From positions 156,240,001 to 156,304,000 of the forward strand of contig NC_059425.1 in NCBI RefSeq assembly GCF_021028975.2: 64,000 nt of DNA. Reading direction: 5' to 3'. The position numbers and the translations under genes are program-made. The notes under the pieces are model-generated. The model was given only the letters and a program-made list of their open reading frames with translations, did no database searches and had not been told where the DNA came from. Shown one piece after another: positions 12,741 to 25,840 of the stretch (position 1 is the stretch's first letter; every line of letters begins with the position of its first letter). This DNA is from Sphaerodactylus townsendi. Taxonomy: Eukaryota.

Positions 12741-13690
12741 TGTAAGAATCAGACTGTACATATGAGACTGGTTTGTAGTTATTGAGATTATCCTGGGTCC
12801 AAGGTAGATTTCTTTAGAAGTGGACACACCATAACCTGTTTCAAGGTGACTACCCTTCTCTCAAGGAGGCATTAGCTACCTTTTGAACCAAGTCAGCAGA
12901 ATTAAGGAACCAGGAAGGGCAAGGGTCATACAAGCAGGTGGCTGACCTCAAACTTAAAGGATTGTGTTTACATCCTCAGACTGAATAAATTGAAAAGTAT
13001 CCCACACAACTGATCAGGTCAGCACCTGGCACCATCTGATCATGTAGAGTCCAAGTCAGAATAAATATGAGAGATTTTATCTGCAAACTAGTGAGTAAAA
13101 CAGTCACAGCCACAGGTAAGTCTGCCTTCTCCTTAAGGCTAGATCCCAACATCACTTGAAACAGCTCCACTGGTCTAGCATAACCCCTTGAGTCCTCAAG
13201 GGTCAGGTTCAAAGTCCAGGGTAATTCTAATAAACACAAAATATAAACCCAACTTATTGAAATACAACTGAAAGCATAGGTTACCACTGGTTCACTAACC
13301 ATTGTCTTGTAGCAAGAGTCCTCTTCACAGTCCTTTGCAGAAGGTATAACTCCTCGTGGAAAGACACTGGATGAGTCTTTCAGCTCGGTCATTATCCTAG
13401 GAGCAGTTCCCTTTTTCTCCTGGCACAAGGTGGGGCAGCTCTGCATTAGGGTGCTTCAGTACAGTTATTAAAAAGTGCAGCTATGGCAAATGCTCCTCTA
13501 AAGAAGGGCTGTTCTGTTCCTGGGAAGTGCAGTTTAAGGAAGCTAGCTCAGCTCTTCCAGCTAGCAAGTTTGCTCTTTCTATTCAGCCCTTTCCAGAGCC
13601 AGTCTGTAAAGCAGACTACCTTCAGCACTCCTCAATCAATCCCTTCATGTTCTTTTAGCTAGCTAGCCTAATCCTGCTTTATACCATCAT
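12741..13690 (-). mobile_element. Probable solo LTR (Gypsy/ERV-like)
   Basis: On the minus strand it begins TGATGG and ends ...gattcttaCA; LTR-like composition; no TSD found. Confidence 0.35.
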
Positions 13691-13990
13691 TTAGTGTTAT
13701 AGTGCTTATTTAAAAAGCATAGCCCATAAGCCTTTGCCAAACCTGCAAATGAACAGAATTCCATGCACTCAACTGCTATCTGCTAGTGGCCTAAGGTCTA
13801 TCAAAATATCTTTGATCTATTAATTAGACCTAGGCCTAAAACTCTTTGTTTTTCAGTACAGACTATGCTGCACTTTGCAGATGCAATGGTGGGATTTGCT
13901 TCCCTTCTTTTATCTTCACACTGAAAAAGTTTATAGAGGTGGGACTGAGAATTAAGGTGACCTCTCAAGGCATGAATTCTACAAAGCTAA

Positions 13991-14534
13991 GGCTGTTTCT
14001 GCACGGCCCATTTATGACGGCCTGGGGGCGCCAAAAAAGGCGCCCCCAGGCCGCCGTTCGCACAGGCGCCGCTGCTGCAACGCAGCAGCGGCGACCTGAC
14101 TCTTCTTCCTTCCCCAGGGCGGCGTCAAGCTTCTAAACAACAACCCTTTAAAGGGTTGTTGTTGGGGAGGGAGCGTCTTTCTGGCGGCGCTGTGCGAACC
14201 GCGCCCGCCGGAAGACGCTGTCTTATCTCCGCCCCACTCACGGTGTCCTCCAAGCCGCCTGCAGGGCGTCGCGAGACCCCACCCACACTGTCCTCCAACC
14301 TCCAGGGGTCGGAGGGCAGCGTGGGCGGGGCTGGCGACGCCTCGCAGGCTTAACAGGAGGACACCGTGAGTGGGGCGGGAGGGCGCAGAGGCGGCTCCGT
14401 CTTGGCGGAGCCGCCTGCCGCCTGTCGGCCTCCCCTTCGCCTGCTCGCACGCTTGCGTGCGAGCAGGCTCCCGCCCCCACGCCGGCAGAACTCCTGCCGG
14501 CGTGGGGGCGCCTCCGGGCCGTGCAGAAACGGCC
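13991..14534. mobile_element. PIF/Harbinger MITE, GC- and CpG-rich, young
   Basis: TIRs GGCTGTTTCTGCACGGCCC / GGGCCGTGCAGAAACGGCC; TAA TSD at 13988-13990 and 14535-14537. Confidence 0.9.
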
Positions 14535-14599
14535 TAAGTCTTTTGTTCTCCAACAGTATTTTGAATTGCTTGGAAGCTTTCCTCATTGCAATTTAGAAC

Positions 14600-15038
14600 A
14601 GAGGTTGCCAACCTTTTTGAACCCGTAGGTACCTTTGGAATTTTGAGGCAGGGTGGTGGAAACCATTATAAAACAGATGGTACAGGACATGGTGCCAAGT
14701 ACAAATACACAGAAGGAAAAGGGATGGGAGTATAAACACAAATACAGGAGAAGCTCAAGAGGGGATAACATGCACACATAGATGACCAATGGTGGAAAAG
14801 GGATACTTGCTGCACCCTATCCATATCACCTCACAGCTGCTATGTGGATACTGGTTACAGAAACCTGGACCCTTCTCCAACGGGCAGCAAGTGAAAAGCT
14901 CCAGTATTTGTACATAGGCAACCAATCTTGAGTTCTGCTTTAGAACTGCCCTACCTATCTTCCAGAAGCACATGGAAGGCACCAGGAGAAATGACTGCAG
15001 GCACAATGGCACTTTGGGCACCATGTTGGCTGCCCTGG
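14600..15038. mobile_element. Older hAT MITE
   Basis: Ends CAGAGGTTGCCAAC / GTTGGCTGCCCTG; degenerate 8-bp TSD atttagaa / gtttagag. Confidence 0.6.
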
Positions 15039-15902
15039 TTTAGAGAATCCTATAGAAAGGATGTTAAAAGTAGGATAAACAACCACATATGGCAGTTCTC
15101 TTGCCACATTACCACACACCTTTACTAACACGGGGGATCATCATTTTCACAACAAAATTTGATTAAAATATATGTTTGACAGTTCTGTGAAGAAATGTTT
15201 TCCTTCATCTCAATCATTTAACTGTATTTTCATATATTCCTTACACTGTGGAGTTATGAAATCCATGAGTCTCTACCCTCACTTGGGTCAGCTTGGCAGA
15301 ATAGTAAGAACTCACACCCTGGGACTGTGTGTGCAGGGAAGAAAGTTCAAAAGGTGAACAGAGCCTAATGAGAGTCTAGGGATTAATTATGAGAACATCT
15401 GTGATTCACACAACTCCTGGTCATACCCCATGATCCTTCCATTTTGACAGGCTTTTAATTTGTTGTACTGTCACATCCTTCCTTCTGACCAAAATGTTAA
15501 AATTTTCTGGGAATATGTAACATTAATTTTTATAGACCCTGGTGCTGAAATCCATATGTACACTGCACATTCTAACTCAAAATGGTGAAAAAAATTGAAT
15601 ACAGTAATGTTCTGAACACAACATTTGGTCTGCACAAAATCAACAGATTTCAAATGTTGTTGGGAGCGTACATATCAAGCAAATCACATTTCAGCGGGTA
15701 GAATTGTCTACTTCAGTATGAAGTGTTACGTAGTTATGCCACTCTTCCCAGGATGCTGTTGGAGAACTATTATTCCTCTTTTAGATTGAAGTTATTCCTA
15801 CTGTAACAAAAAATCATCACTATTTCTAGCAGGGAGTATACATATTGATTGATGTACCACTGAATAACCAAATTAATTTCAGTCCATTAATCTGGCAGGT
15901 CT

Positions 15903-16271
15903 TGTAGTAAAATTAGTCTGTGATTAAAAGGAAAACAGATACCAAAAGATGAGAAGAAAAGGAAGTTTCTGAATTCTAACTTGAAACTACAGGCCCCTCT
16001 TTTTGTCAAGCGCACCCCTTAAACCTTTCTTTATCCAGAAGGAAGCAGCCCCTAGAGAAATGTATTGGATGAGAAAGTGACATAAGCATTGTTTTGGGAG
16101 ATCTATCTTCCAATAGGAAGTATAAATGACGAGGAACCAGAGTCCAGAGAGACTCATTAAGTCCAAGTCTAAAGAGAGCAGACATCTGCACCACCCACCT
16201 GTAAACCCTAAAGATTTTAGAGTCCTAATTTGAAGGAAGTTTCTGATAACCCAAGGGCAGCAGGTTATACA
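15903..16271 (+). mobile_element. Probable short solo LTR
   Basis: TGTAGT...TTATACA termini, TATAAA at ~16121, flanks gtct/ctct (4-bp TSD with one mismatch). Confidence 0.45.
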
Positions 16272-17099
16272 CTCTGGAGGAGTGTTCAAAAACGCTATCA
16301 ACTTTTCACATAATTAGTTTGTTTTAATTAGTATTAGGCAATGTTATGCTGCCAAAATAACAAACATGCACAAAATGATACGATTATATTATTATCGTGA
16401 CCTTCACAAGATTTTTATGCTTATTCAGGTGACTTGCTGTTTAATGTAGGGTGTTCTTAGTCTGAAAGGGCATCTGACAAAGGTAACTAATGACCACTGT
16501 GTACTACACAGCTACCACTGTATGTATATTATAAAGCTGCTTTGTCCAAGGCTGTTTTTCACCTCTTGAGTGAATAGTGGCAATAATGAGACTATCAAGG
16601 CAAAGATCCCATCTACCAAGGTGTGTATCTAGTTGGACAACAGAATAGATCAGTCACATTCATTACTGGGTGACAAATACCAGCATCCCAGAGTCTAAAA
16701 TGAAGTGATTAACTGAAGGAACAAATGATAAATAAAATGCATCATCTATCCTAACTAAGTCTAATAATGGGCAGCCCAATCCAGATTGAGAGAGGGGCTC
16801 GAATCTGCAGAGGAAATGGCAGAGGGTTGTGCTGATGTGTTTGCCCTCTCTGACATGTATGGGTCAGCCCCACTGACACAGGGAGCAAACTTGCTGGCGG
16901 CCAGCCACCGCTCTACTCTGTGCACCAAATCCCAGAAATCCAGGCATCCATGGATCTGCAGTGGCGTCCTAAGCCGATGCCAGCATGGGGGGACATGCCA
17001 GGGTGTTCCCAGGGGTGGAGTCGATGCTAGTTTGCTTCAACCACACTGTTTTGTTCATCAGAATCAAAATGTTCTTCTACTAATTTGCTTTTACTTCTA

Positions 17100-17830
17100 G
17101 TTAGCCCTGGGAACTGACAGACAGAATTGGTTTTCTGTCCCATTTTAAAGTAAACATCCATTCTTATCTAAATTTCTGGGTCATCTCCCTGATGTATCAA
17201 TACTGGTATATTGTCATACTAGTCCCCTACTATAAGCTTCATGTATGTTACCAGTTGCTCTTTCACTTGCATACCACATGCCTTAATTTCTACTTTTCCA
17301 TCCAGTTTTAAACCCAATTCACAAAAAAACTTTCTCACACATAGAGTACATATCTGCACATGAGTCCCAAACCGCTGTAAGCATCTTATTATCCTGTACC
17401 TCTTCACGCGTGGCCCTCTCATGTGAATACCATTCTGCTTGCTCTTGGCTAACATAGCAGGAAATAGGCTTTCTTGGAATGGTACTTAGGTCAATTTGAT
17501 TTATCCCTATCACAGCAGTGATATTTTCATTTTGATTGTCCTGCATTATTGCCTCTTGACTGCTCTTGCTACCCTGCTTGCTTTCACATTCACATGTCAT
17601 TTGATTACTAACAGCCTCCCTCCCCAAATTAATTCCCATTGCACTTACAATTCTCATGTTTGTTGGAATTTGCTTGCACCCCAGTGTTGACGGATTGGCA
17701 ACTATCCACACTCTCTGCTGATAAAGTGCCCTTTTCTCTTTTAACATTGGGCATTAAGCATGGATATGTCCCTCATGCTTACAGAAATAACATGCAATTG
17801 ATGCAGTTCCCAAGCTTTTAAAATTCCTCT
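17100..17830 (-). mobile_element. Highly decayed CR1-type LINE ORF2 (endonuclease region)
   Basis: Minus-strand ORF fragments 17219-17747 weakly resemble the CR1 ORF2 N-terminal region. Confidence 0.4.
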
Positions 17831-17994
17831 ATTCCCTCATTACACAGTTCAGTCTGGGTGCTGGTATTGGGGAGTGCTGTTGCCTTGTGACTCCTGTAGA
17901 CCAAGATGAGTTGCCTCCTGTAAACTGAATCAAGTCCTGTTGTTTCAGTAGCTGGGTTGCTGACATTTCATCCAAAATCTGTTCATTGAGTGTC

Positions 17995-18305
17995 TTCTGT
18001 GCAGGCAGGCATGGGGTCTATACAAGTGCAGGCCAGCCACAGCGGACTGACCAGAAGGCTTTTAGAAGCTTCTGAATGCTTGGAGCGCTCCAATCTCTCC
18101 CCTTCAGAACTGACAGCAGGGTAGTTTTCCACTCAAATGGTCACATAAAAGGAGGCCGGGAGAGTACTCCTTCTTCAGTTCTCCTTCACAGCCATAAAAG
18201 AACACCATTGTAAGACGCAGTAGTCCACAGTGGGGGAAAGGCGGGAAGGATGTGTGCCTGTACAGAAGATACTCGATGAATAACTGTTACAGGTGAATGC
18301 TAACA
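17995..18305 (+). mobile_element. DIRS-like terminal/ICR fragment
   Basis: Ends with ...gatgaataactgttacaggtgaatgctaac, resembling reptile DIRS terminal sequence; a DIRS YR relic lies 6 kb upstream. Confidence 0.4.
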
Positions 18306-19259
18306 CTAATGTATACTAATACTCAAATCTATTCTGTCATTACCACAGGCATGTTGCTAACCTTTAACCACAATGTTTTTATGCATTGGCTAGGTATAAA
18401 AATCACGATTCAAAAGTATTATTCTTCAGTCCACCAGCAGATGCAGAATATTCCTTACCTAGGTCATTCTGAATTGAGCATCCCTTATTTCATATAAAAT
18501 ATACTCCATTTTATCATCTTGATTATCATTGCTATGATTATTAGTAAGCTGCAAATCACAATAAATTACTAATTCAGTCAGGTCGAAAGCCTCTTGTAAA
18601 ATGCTTCCAGCTAACACAGTCTAAATGCAAATTAGTTGGGAAATTCTGGACAGTCTACACAGGAGCAATTGTAACTCCTTGCCCAATGCCACAGTATAGA
18701 AACACAAGGAGCAACACATATGAAAAGAAGTACAGGGTTTGGCATGCTACCATAGCTCCTTGCTTGTGGACTTATCCACAACTTCTCATGTCTAATTTGT
18801 GAGAAAAGTGGGAATCCATGCAGGCTAATTGAAGGGAGACTAGAACTGTACATTGTATAGATGTACTGAGCCCGGCCACCCTGAGCCCGGCCCCCAGGCA
18901 TAGCGGGGTGGGTGGGTGGTGGGGTGGAAAACGGCTGTCTCTGGGCACCATTTCCCCTCCATATGCCTCTGGTGTAGTCTGACATAGTGGCTGTCAGAGT
19001 GGTCCAGAATTTCTGTGTTTTCAAATAACATTCATTGTCCAGGTTGGTTTATAACATGTTCTACTACTGCTGATTTTTCTGGCTGAACTAGTCTGCAATG
19101 CCTTTCATATTCATTGATTCATGTCTGGATGCTGCGTTTCGTGGTCCCTATGTAGACGCGCCCACAGCTGCAAGGTCTGTTGTTAACTCCTGCAGAATTT
19201 AGGGATCTACTTAACACATGCAAATTACATTTGCTAACTGCACCTTTAACACTTTTAAC

Positions 19260-19457
19260 AATTGTAAATGGTTCTTTCTCCCATCCTGGGTATTTCACAG
19301 GTATATATACTCCATTGCTCTACTGCAACCTGATCCTCTGAAGATGCCAGCCACAGATGCAGGCAAAATGTTAGGAGACAATACTACTGGAACACAACCA
19401 TACAATCTGGAAAACCCACAACATACTAGTGACTCTGGTTGTGAAAGCTTTTGACAA
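19260..19457 (+). mobile_element. Penelope pseudo-LTR fragment with a mutated hammerhead core
   Basis: gatcctCTGAAGAtgccagccacagatgcaggcAAAAtgtt (GAAA to AAAA, GTC to GTT) followed by ...gaaagcttttgacaa end. Confidence 0.75.
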
Positions 19458-19489
19458 GGGATGACAATAATTTTGCTATTTTATTCTCA

Positions 19490-19925
19490 TCTCTTTCCTT
19501 AGGCTCTTATATGGAGTACGCCTTTCTCATCACTGTTGTACACTGAATCAATATTTTCATTGAGCCATCCACTATTACCCCAAGATCTCTTCAATCTTGG
19601 TTTCAGCCAGTTTAGGAACCAACAGCATATACGGTATTAAAGTTCAGATTTTTCTTCCAGTGTGCATCACTTTATACTTCCTTGATGGGCCATATTGTTG
19701 TGCACTCATCCAGTTTGGGGAGATCATCCTACATCACCACCTCCTGTGGCAGCATATTCCAAACACCAATCACATGTTGCGTGAAGAAGTGTTTCCTTTT
19801 ATTAGTCCTAATTCTTCCCCCCAGCATTTTCAATGTATGCCCCCTGGTTCTAGTATTGTGAGAAAGAGAGAAACATTTCTCTCTGTCAACATTTTCTACC
19901 CCATGCATAATTTTATAGACTTCAA
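19490..19925 (-). mobile_element. CR1 LINE ORF2 C-terminal fragment
   Basis: ORF 19729-19971 EVYKIMHGVENVDREKCFSLSHNTRTRGH..RKHFFTQHVIGVWNMLPQEVV is the classic CR1 ORF2 end. Confidence 0.9.
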
Positions 19926-19991
19926 CCTCAGTTACACAGTTTAAATTAGAAAAGTTTGGATGAAGTTTCACACAGATGAAAAACTATCTGA

Positions 19992-20042
19992 ACAAGATCC
20001 ACCAGACCACGGCCACACAGCCTGGAAAACCCACCACAACCA
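19992..20042 (+). mobile_element. Very short Penelope pseudo-LTR insertion
   Basis: ccagaccacggccacacagcctggaaaacccacc flanked by the direct repeat AACTATCTGAA (TSD). Confidence 0.6.
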
Positions 20043-20769
20043 ACTATCTGAATTCTGATTACATCCTCCAAACCTTGCCTGTCATACCCCACTAAAATTT
20101 TCAAGCAAATTAATTTTTCTAAACAAATATTTTACAAGCATTTTTAGGAAGATAAAGAGAGTATATCCATATCAGACTCTGTATACAACTAGGAGATTTG
20201 ACAGGAGATAAAAAATCTGCCCTTTATACTTGGCCTAAAAGCACAGATCACAGCAACAGATATTTTCCATGGGTTTTCAGTACCTCTTTGCAAAGGCCTT
20301 GTAATATACGGACCATTCATTCACAAACATCTTGCATACTGTAATGACGTATTTTAAACTGCATTTTATTAATTGTACTTATATACAGTTCTGCAATTTA
20401 TACACATATTAGATATGTATGTTCTCTCCAAAACACAAAAAAGAAAAAAAATTCTGGAACACAGTCCAACTTTATTGTATACAGTTTGAAGATGGTCAAC
20501 TATGACAGACATAAATAAATCGTTCCACTTTCAATCGATTGTCTTATTTCCAAAACCACTTTTCTTTATTTTCATGTTATCAGTACATATTTTAATCATA
20601 CATACTATTTTGTCATTCAGTTTTCTCACCAAATATTTGAATTATTCCATGGCAGTTTCCCCCCACTATGTGCTTTTTAATGCCAGAGCTAATCCTTTTC
20701 CACAAATTTGTTTTTATCAAAATGTCCTTATCTAGAAATGTAGGTTGTTCCCATGAGAGGACTCTCAAA

Positions 20770-20925
20770 CAATTTCAAGGCAAGAGATATTGTGAGGTAG
20801 ATTGCCATTGCCTGCCTCTGCATGGGCTAAGAGAGTTCCAAGAGAACTATGACTGGCGCAAGGTCACCCTGCAGGCTTCATGTGTAGGGCAGGGAAACAA
20901 AAACTAGTTCTCCAAATTACTGGCT
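20770..20925 (-). mobile_element. Decayed SINE (Squam3-like body with RTE-type tail)
   Basis: Same module order as the 62280-62515 copy. Confidence 0.5.
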
Positions 20926-20999
20926 CTCCATACATCACAATAAAACTGTGTTAACCTCTCTCCCCAGAAAATGCCTAAAATACCTTCTGAATATTTCTA

Positions 21000-22070
21000 A
21001 GGATGGTACCTCTTTCCTGAGACAGGCTCTTTCACAAAGTGAGAGCAACTATTGAAAGGATCAGGAGCTAGTAGATGCCAAGGTGTCTTAAACAGGGAAA
21101 GAACAAGAAGGTGACAACTGGATGACTGTAACGGTGCAGAGAGAGAGATGAGGAAGACAGTCCTTCAGATATGTGTATCCTATACAATGAAAGGATTCAG
21201 AGGTTATGGCTAGCATTTGAATTTAACTTAGAAAACAACAAATCACCAATGCAGATATTTTAAAATAGGTGGGAAGCATTTCTGTTGGTAGGTCCACAAC
21301 AATTATCAGACTGCTACATTCTAAACCACACTGTAGTTTCTGGGTGGTTCCCACCAGTAGGCCCAGATAAAACATGTTACTGTAATCCAACTCCAACTAC
21401 AAGGTTACAAAAACATTGATTTAGTGTGGCCAGGTGGGCTAAGTATAAAAAAATGGCCAGAGCTGAAGAACCAAAAACAGCTGACAAGAAGCATTTCTAA
21501 CCACCATCCCAACCTGCTTTTCCAAGTCAAGGCTGGATTTATGTGAACCTCCAAGTCTTTTAACTTGCTTCACTGATAATATACTGTACCTCATCCCAAA
21601 CAAGTAAATCCAATCTATTTCCAACCACTATTACCTCGTTTGGATACAGCTTTAGAATGTTCTGCATTAACCTGTGGGCCATGGTCTCAAAGAACTAGTT
21701 CAGAGTGGAAACAAATTCATCAGGAGGCTTAGATAATGAGATACTGAGTGGATATCAACAGCACAGTGATGACACTCAACATTAATGTCTCATTCAGCAG
21801 TCTCAATGAAATATTGAGAGACAGGGATGACAAAATGGAACCCTGTGGAACTTCATAAGACCGTTTCTAACTAATTTACTTTGCTCCTCCAAAGGAAGTT
21901 CCTTATCCAATTTGGCAGAAAAGACTAAAACTAGTGAAGAGCTATTCCTCCAATACCCTGCTCCACATTTCAACTGATGAACAGACACAGAGGTTAACTG
22001 TATCAAATGTTGCTGATAGATCTCACTGTATCAACAGGAATGATAGTTCCTCATCTGACTTCAAATGAAG
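21000..22070 (-). mobile_element. Decayed L2 LINE RT and 3' region
   Basis: Minus-strand VPQGSILS motif at ~21840 with a degenerate YADD region; downstream LRLVRQL-like and SRLDYCN-like remnants. Confidence 0.65.
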
Positions 22071-22082
22071 ATTGCCCATGAG

Positions 22083-22246
22083 CAGTGTTCCCTGTAAGCA
22101 ATGCAGGTGCACAGCTGCACCGTCACTGTATTGGTGCCATGCAAATAGAGGGCCAGCTGGCAGGGGGAACTCTCCCAGGCGGTTGAGTTCCACTCAGTGT
22201 TTGGGAAGTTCTGTGCAGTGGTGGGGAACAATTAGAGGGACTACTG
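22083..22246. mobile_element. Short hAT MITE
   Basis: Inverted ends CAGTGTTCCCTGTAAG / TTAGAGGGACTACTG. Confidence 0.55.
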
Positions 22247-24743
22247 TCCATAAGTGTTACCAAAGTCTTCTGAGTTCCTGAAACCACACTGAAATATTTC
22301 AAGACCAATGCGTCACCCAGGAATCCCTGGAATGTCCCCCAGAACCGCTATAATATTTTCCAAAGTTACAAATTAAAACTATTTTTATTTTCAATGTCTT
22401 TCAGAACATGTGCAACAAACATCTAGTATTGATTTAGCTTCATGTGTTGAACTTTTCAGATTACTTATGGAAAACAGCCTTTGATGACTTTCATATTTTA
22501 ATCACCAGTACTTCTGTGATTGTTCTCATATTAAACTACAATTAGATAGCCAATAGCAAGAAAGTGAGAACAGGTAAAAGAAAAGTACCATAATCACATA
22601 CTCAAACCTACAGTGATCCACGACGTTCAAATGCAGATAAATGTATCTAAATAAAGGAACAAATAAACAATACTGATATTCAAGTTAATTGTTATTTCAA
22701 TACATCTAGTGCAGATCAGAGTGGTGTATTTGGTTCTCCCTCCTCCATTTTCGTCTCACAATAATCCTGTGAGGAATGCAATGCTGAGAGAGACCAGCTG
22801 TCCCAAGCATAATATCCGAATGGGGATATGAACCTAATTGTCCCAGATCCCATGTAACACCAGCTAATATCTACAGTGCTAAACATCCAAGACTCTGTAG
22901 CAGCTGCAGCTCCACTTGGAGTTTAACCAAGTGAAACACTAGTAGCACTGTCTTGAGAAGCTCAAGATTGCAGTAGGTTAGCATAATTAAACAATGGAGA
23001 ATCAATGAGGAGAATCTGTCCAGGTTGGCAGTTCCTGCCTTGTGCCTGTTGGAAGTTAACTACCTTTTATTAAAAAAGAGCAAACTCATCTTCTGCAGAA
23101 TATGGCCGTGGTGGTATATAGACCATAGGGATACAGCAGGCTCCGAAGGGGTGTGGTATGGGCAGAAAGCTCCTAATGAATCTTGGGTGAGAAATAAGGC
23201 AGTGTATGGTTTGCTGATGTTTTTATGCTATAGTTCTCTACAAAAGCCCTATAGTTCATCAAAACACTGTCTATAATACAGGAAATAGCACAATGAACAC
23301 CAATACTGCTACAGAGACGTACAAGTAAAACAACCTTTTAGCCCACACTATCTGTAAAAATATTTTTCATTTGTGCAGCCAAGTTTAATACATAAGTACA
23401 TGTAGTGATGTGTTACTCTTATCAATTACATATTAGTAAGAACAAAGATTGGTCTAACACTTAATTGCTACACAATTTTACTGCTACACAAATGTATTGC
23501 TATGAATACAAGAGGTTCTACAGTCAATGAAAGCTGTGTGGTACCAAAGTAATAGTGACACATCCTCCATCTCCATGTTTTATATTATCCATAAATTTGC
23601 AGTGAGGGTAGGTTAGAAATCATATACTTGCATTCTTGTTTAAACATTCCTGTTGGCAACAACTTGTGATGCAGAAACTGCTATGTTTAATTGCAAAAGG
23701 TGAAGATATTCAAGCATTACAGCAAACATAAATCCTAATGCTCACCCACAGGCAAGATTTCATGTGAGTGGATGCACAAACTGTGTTACACAACTCCATT
23801 TTTGGATGGCAATCTTACGGAATCTTTCCCAGACCAAAAGCAATTACTTTTGTTTTCTCAAAAATATATAAATTTGTCCTTGACCAAATCTTCTCACCTT
23901 GTATCAAGTTGTGAAGTATCTCATTACTTTAACAAGAACCTTGATCTGCTCAGGGCATTAGCTCAAGCCTGTTTAGCCCTGGATCCACAACAACCACCCA
24001 CAAAAAAATACATACAGAGAACTTTATTGTTTGTGTTTCCAAAACACAATATCTTTAAAATTTTCATGGGTAGACATTCTAATTTTGGGATTTTTTTCCC
24101 CTTTAGCAGCCATGTTCCAAAATTGCAACTATGGTTATTTATGTCTTTAAAATCCATGTAGAATACTCATCTTGGTATCAAAATATATGCTTTTGAAATT
24201 GATATCGTCATAGAGACGATAATTTTTCCTGTGGTCGCCATTTTGTAAATTGCAGATTTTTTCCAAATTCTTGTAAGATTCTCATATTGGTGACAAATTG
24301 TATGTTTTGTGAGTTGATAAACCACTAATCATTTTGTTGTAAAAACAGAACAAAGTGTTATAAAACCACTATTCCTTTTGTTGTAAAAACAAACCTAGGT
24401 GTTATTCTTTTTAAGTTCATAATCCATGAGGGGATGATAAATCTAGATAACTTTTAAAATGTTTGTAATGTTTGTAATATTGGAACAAAACACAGCAGGA
24501 GAATTGTTAAGGTGGCAACTAAAAATATAGAAAGTTATTTTGCTGCCTTAAATAAACCTATTTATTTATTATTTATTTAAAATATTAATTAGCTGTTTTT
24601 CTTCCTTGCAGAGCTCAAGGCAGTTTTCAATATTAATACAATATATTAAAAAGATCACATAAAAAACATATAACCAGAATTCAAAATCATAGTTTAAGAC
24701 TGCTTTAATCAAATACAGTCCTCAATTATAACTTGTTTATCTA

Positions 24744-24989
24744 CCCCTGTTTCCCCAAAAATAAGACAGTGTCTTATATTAATTTTTGCTCCCAAAGATG
24801 CGCTATGTCTTATTTTCAGGGGATGTCTTATTTTTCCGCTCCACAGCTGCATGCTCTGGTCGACGGGAATGCTTCCAAACAAAAACTTTGCTACGTCTCA
24901 CTTTCAGGGGATGCTTAATATTTAGCACTTCAGCAAAACCTCTACTACGTCTTATTTTCCGGGGATGTCTTATTTTCGGGGAAACAGGG
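24744..24989. mobile_element. Tc1/mariner-pogo MITE
   Basis: TIRs CCCTGTTTCCCCAAAAATAAGAC / GTCTTATTTTCGGGGAAACAGGG flanked by TA; a related copy lies at 61679-61903. Confidence 0.85.
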
Positions 24990-25254
24990 TATACCCTAAA
25001 GGTCAAAAGTAAAGGGGCCAAGCATGCCTCCCTGCAAGCCAAGGTGGAGGAAAATCTCCATGTAGAAGCAAGTAGTCCTGGATCCACAACAGACACCTGA
25101 AAAATTTTTTATTGTTTGTGTGTGCTTCAGGACACTACAGGTTTAAATTTTTCTCATGCTGCCAGTGAAAAGGTTCTTCCAAAGTAGAGTGCCTTTTTGG
25201 AAGCTTTCACGTGATATTGGAGTGTATCCAAACATCTCCAAGTAGCTTTCTTCT

Positions 25255-25430
25255 GAAGAAGAGCTTGGATTTATACCCCACTTTACTCAACCTTTAAGGA
25301 ATATCAAAGTAGCTTACAACTCCTTCCCTTCCCCTCCCCACAACAGACACCTTCTAATGTAGGTGGGGCTAAAAGAGTTCTGAAAGAGAACTGTAACTGG
25401 CCCAAGGTCACCCAACAAGCTGCATAAGAA
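25255..25430 (-). mobile_element. Squam3-type SINE, 3' half
   Basis: gaagaagagcttggatttata... tail and body, same as the full copies. Confidence 0.7.
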
Positions 25431-25630
25431 GCCTTTCATTTAAACTAAGCAGCTCTTCTTCCAGTTCAGAAGGCAGTTAATTTAGATGAAGCCTTCAGCA
25501 TTGAGCTGAAAGGAAAAACGGGGTATAACTATTTTATAATCTTAATATTTTAATTAATACATAAACTTTGCTCAGTGGAGTGGCAGAATAGGGGTATGAT
25601 CCACCCCATTGTACTGTAGTTCTCTAGTCA

Positions 25631-25742
25631 GTGGTATACAGCCACAAAATGGTATACAGCCACAAAGTGGTATACAGCCACAAAATGGTATACAGCCACA
25701 AAGTTGTATACAGCCACAAAATGGTATACAGCCACAAAGTGG
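25631..25742. repeat. 18-bp minisatellite (TGGTATACAGCCACAAAR) x ~6
   Basis: Directly visible tandem units alternating ...AAAA and ...AAAG. Confidence 0.95.
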
Positions 25743-25840
25743 CCAAACTCTTCCACCCTGCCCCCTGCCAAACTCCCAAACTCCCCCTGCCACCACCCCA
25801 ACACCACCCTCCGAGCACAACGGGCCCTTACCCTCCCCAC

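Noticed and set aside
13991-14534. CpG-island promoter of a gene
   Set aside because: Bounded exactly by TIRs and a TAA TSD, so it is a transposon
25631-25742. CRISPR-like array or repetitive protein (GIQPQN repeats)
   Set aside because: Units are contiguous with no unique spacers, there are no cas genes and the context is vertebrate; the ORFs run on into SINE sequence
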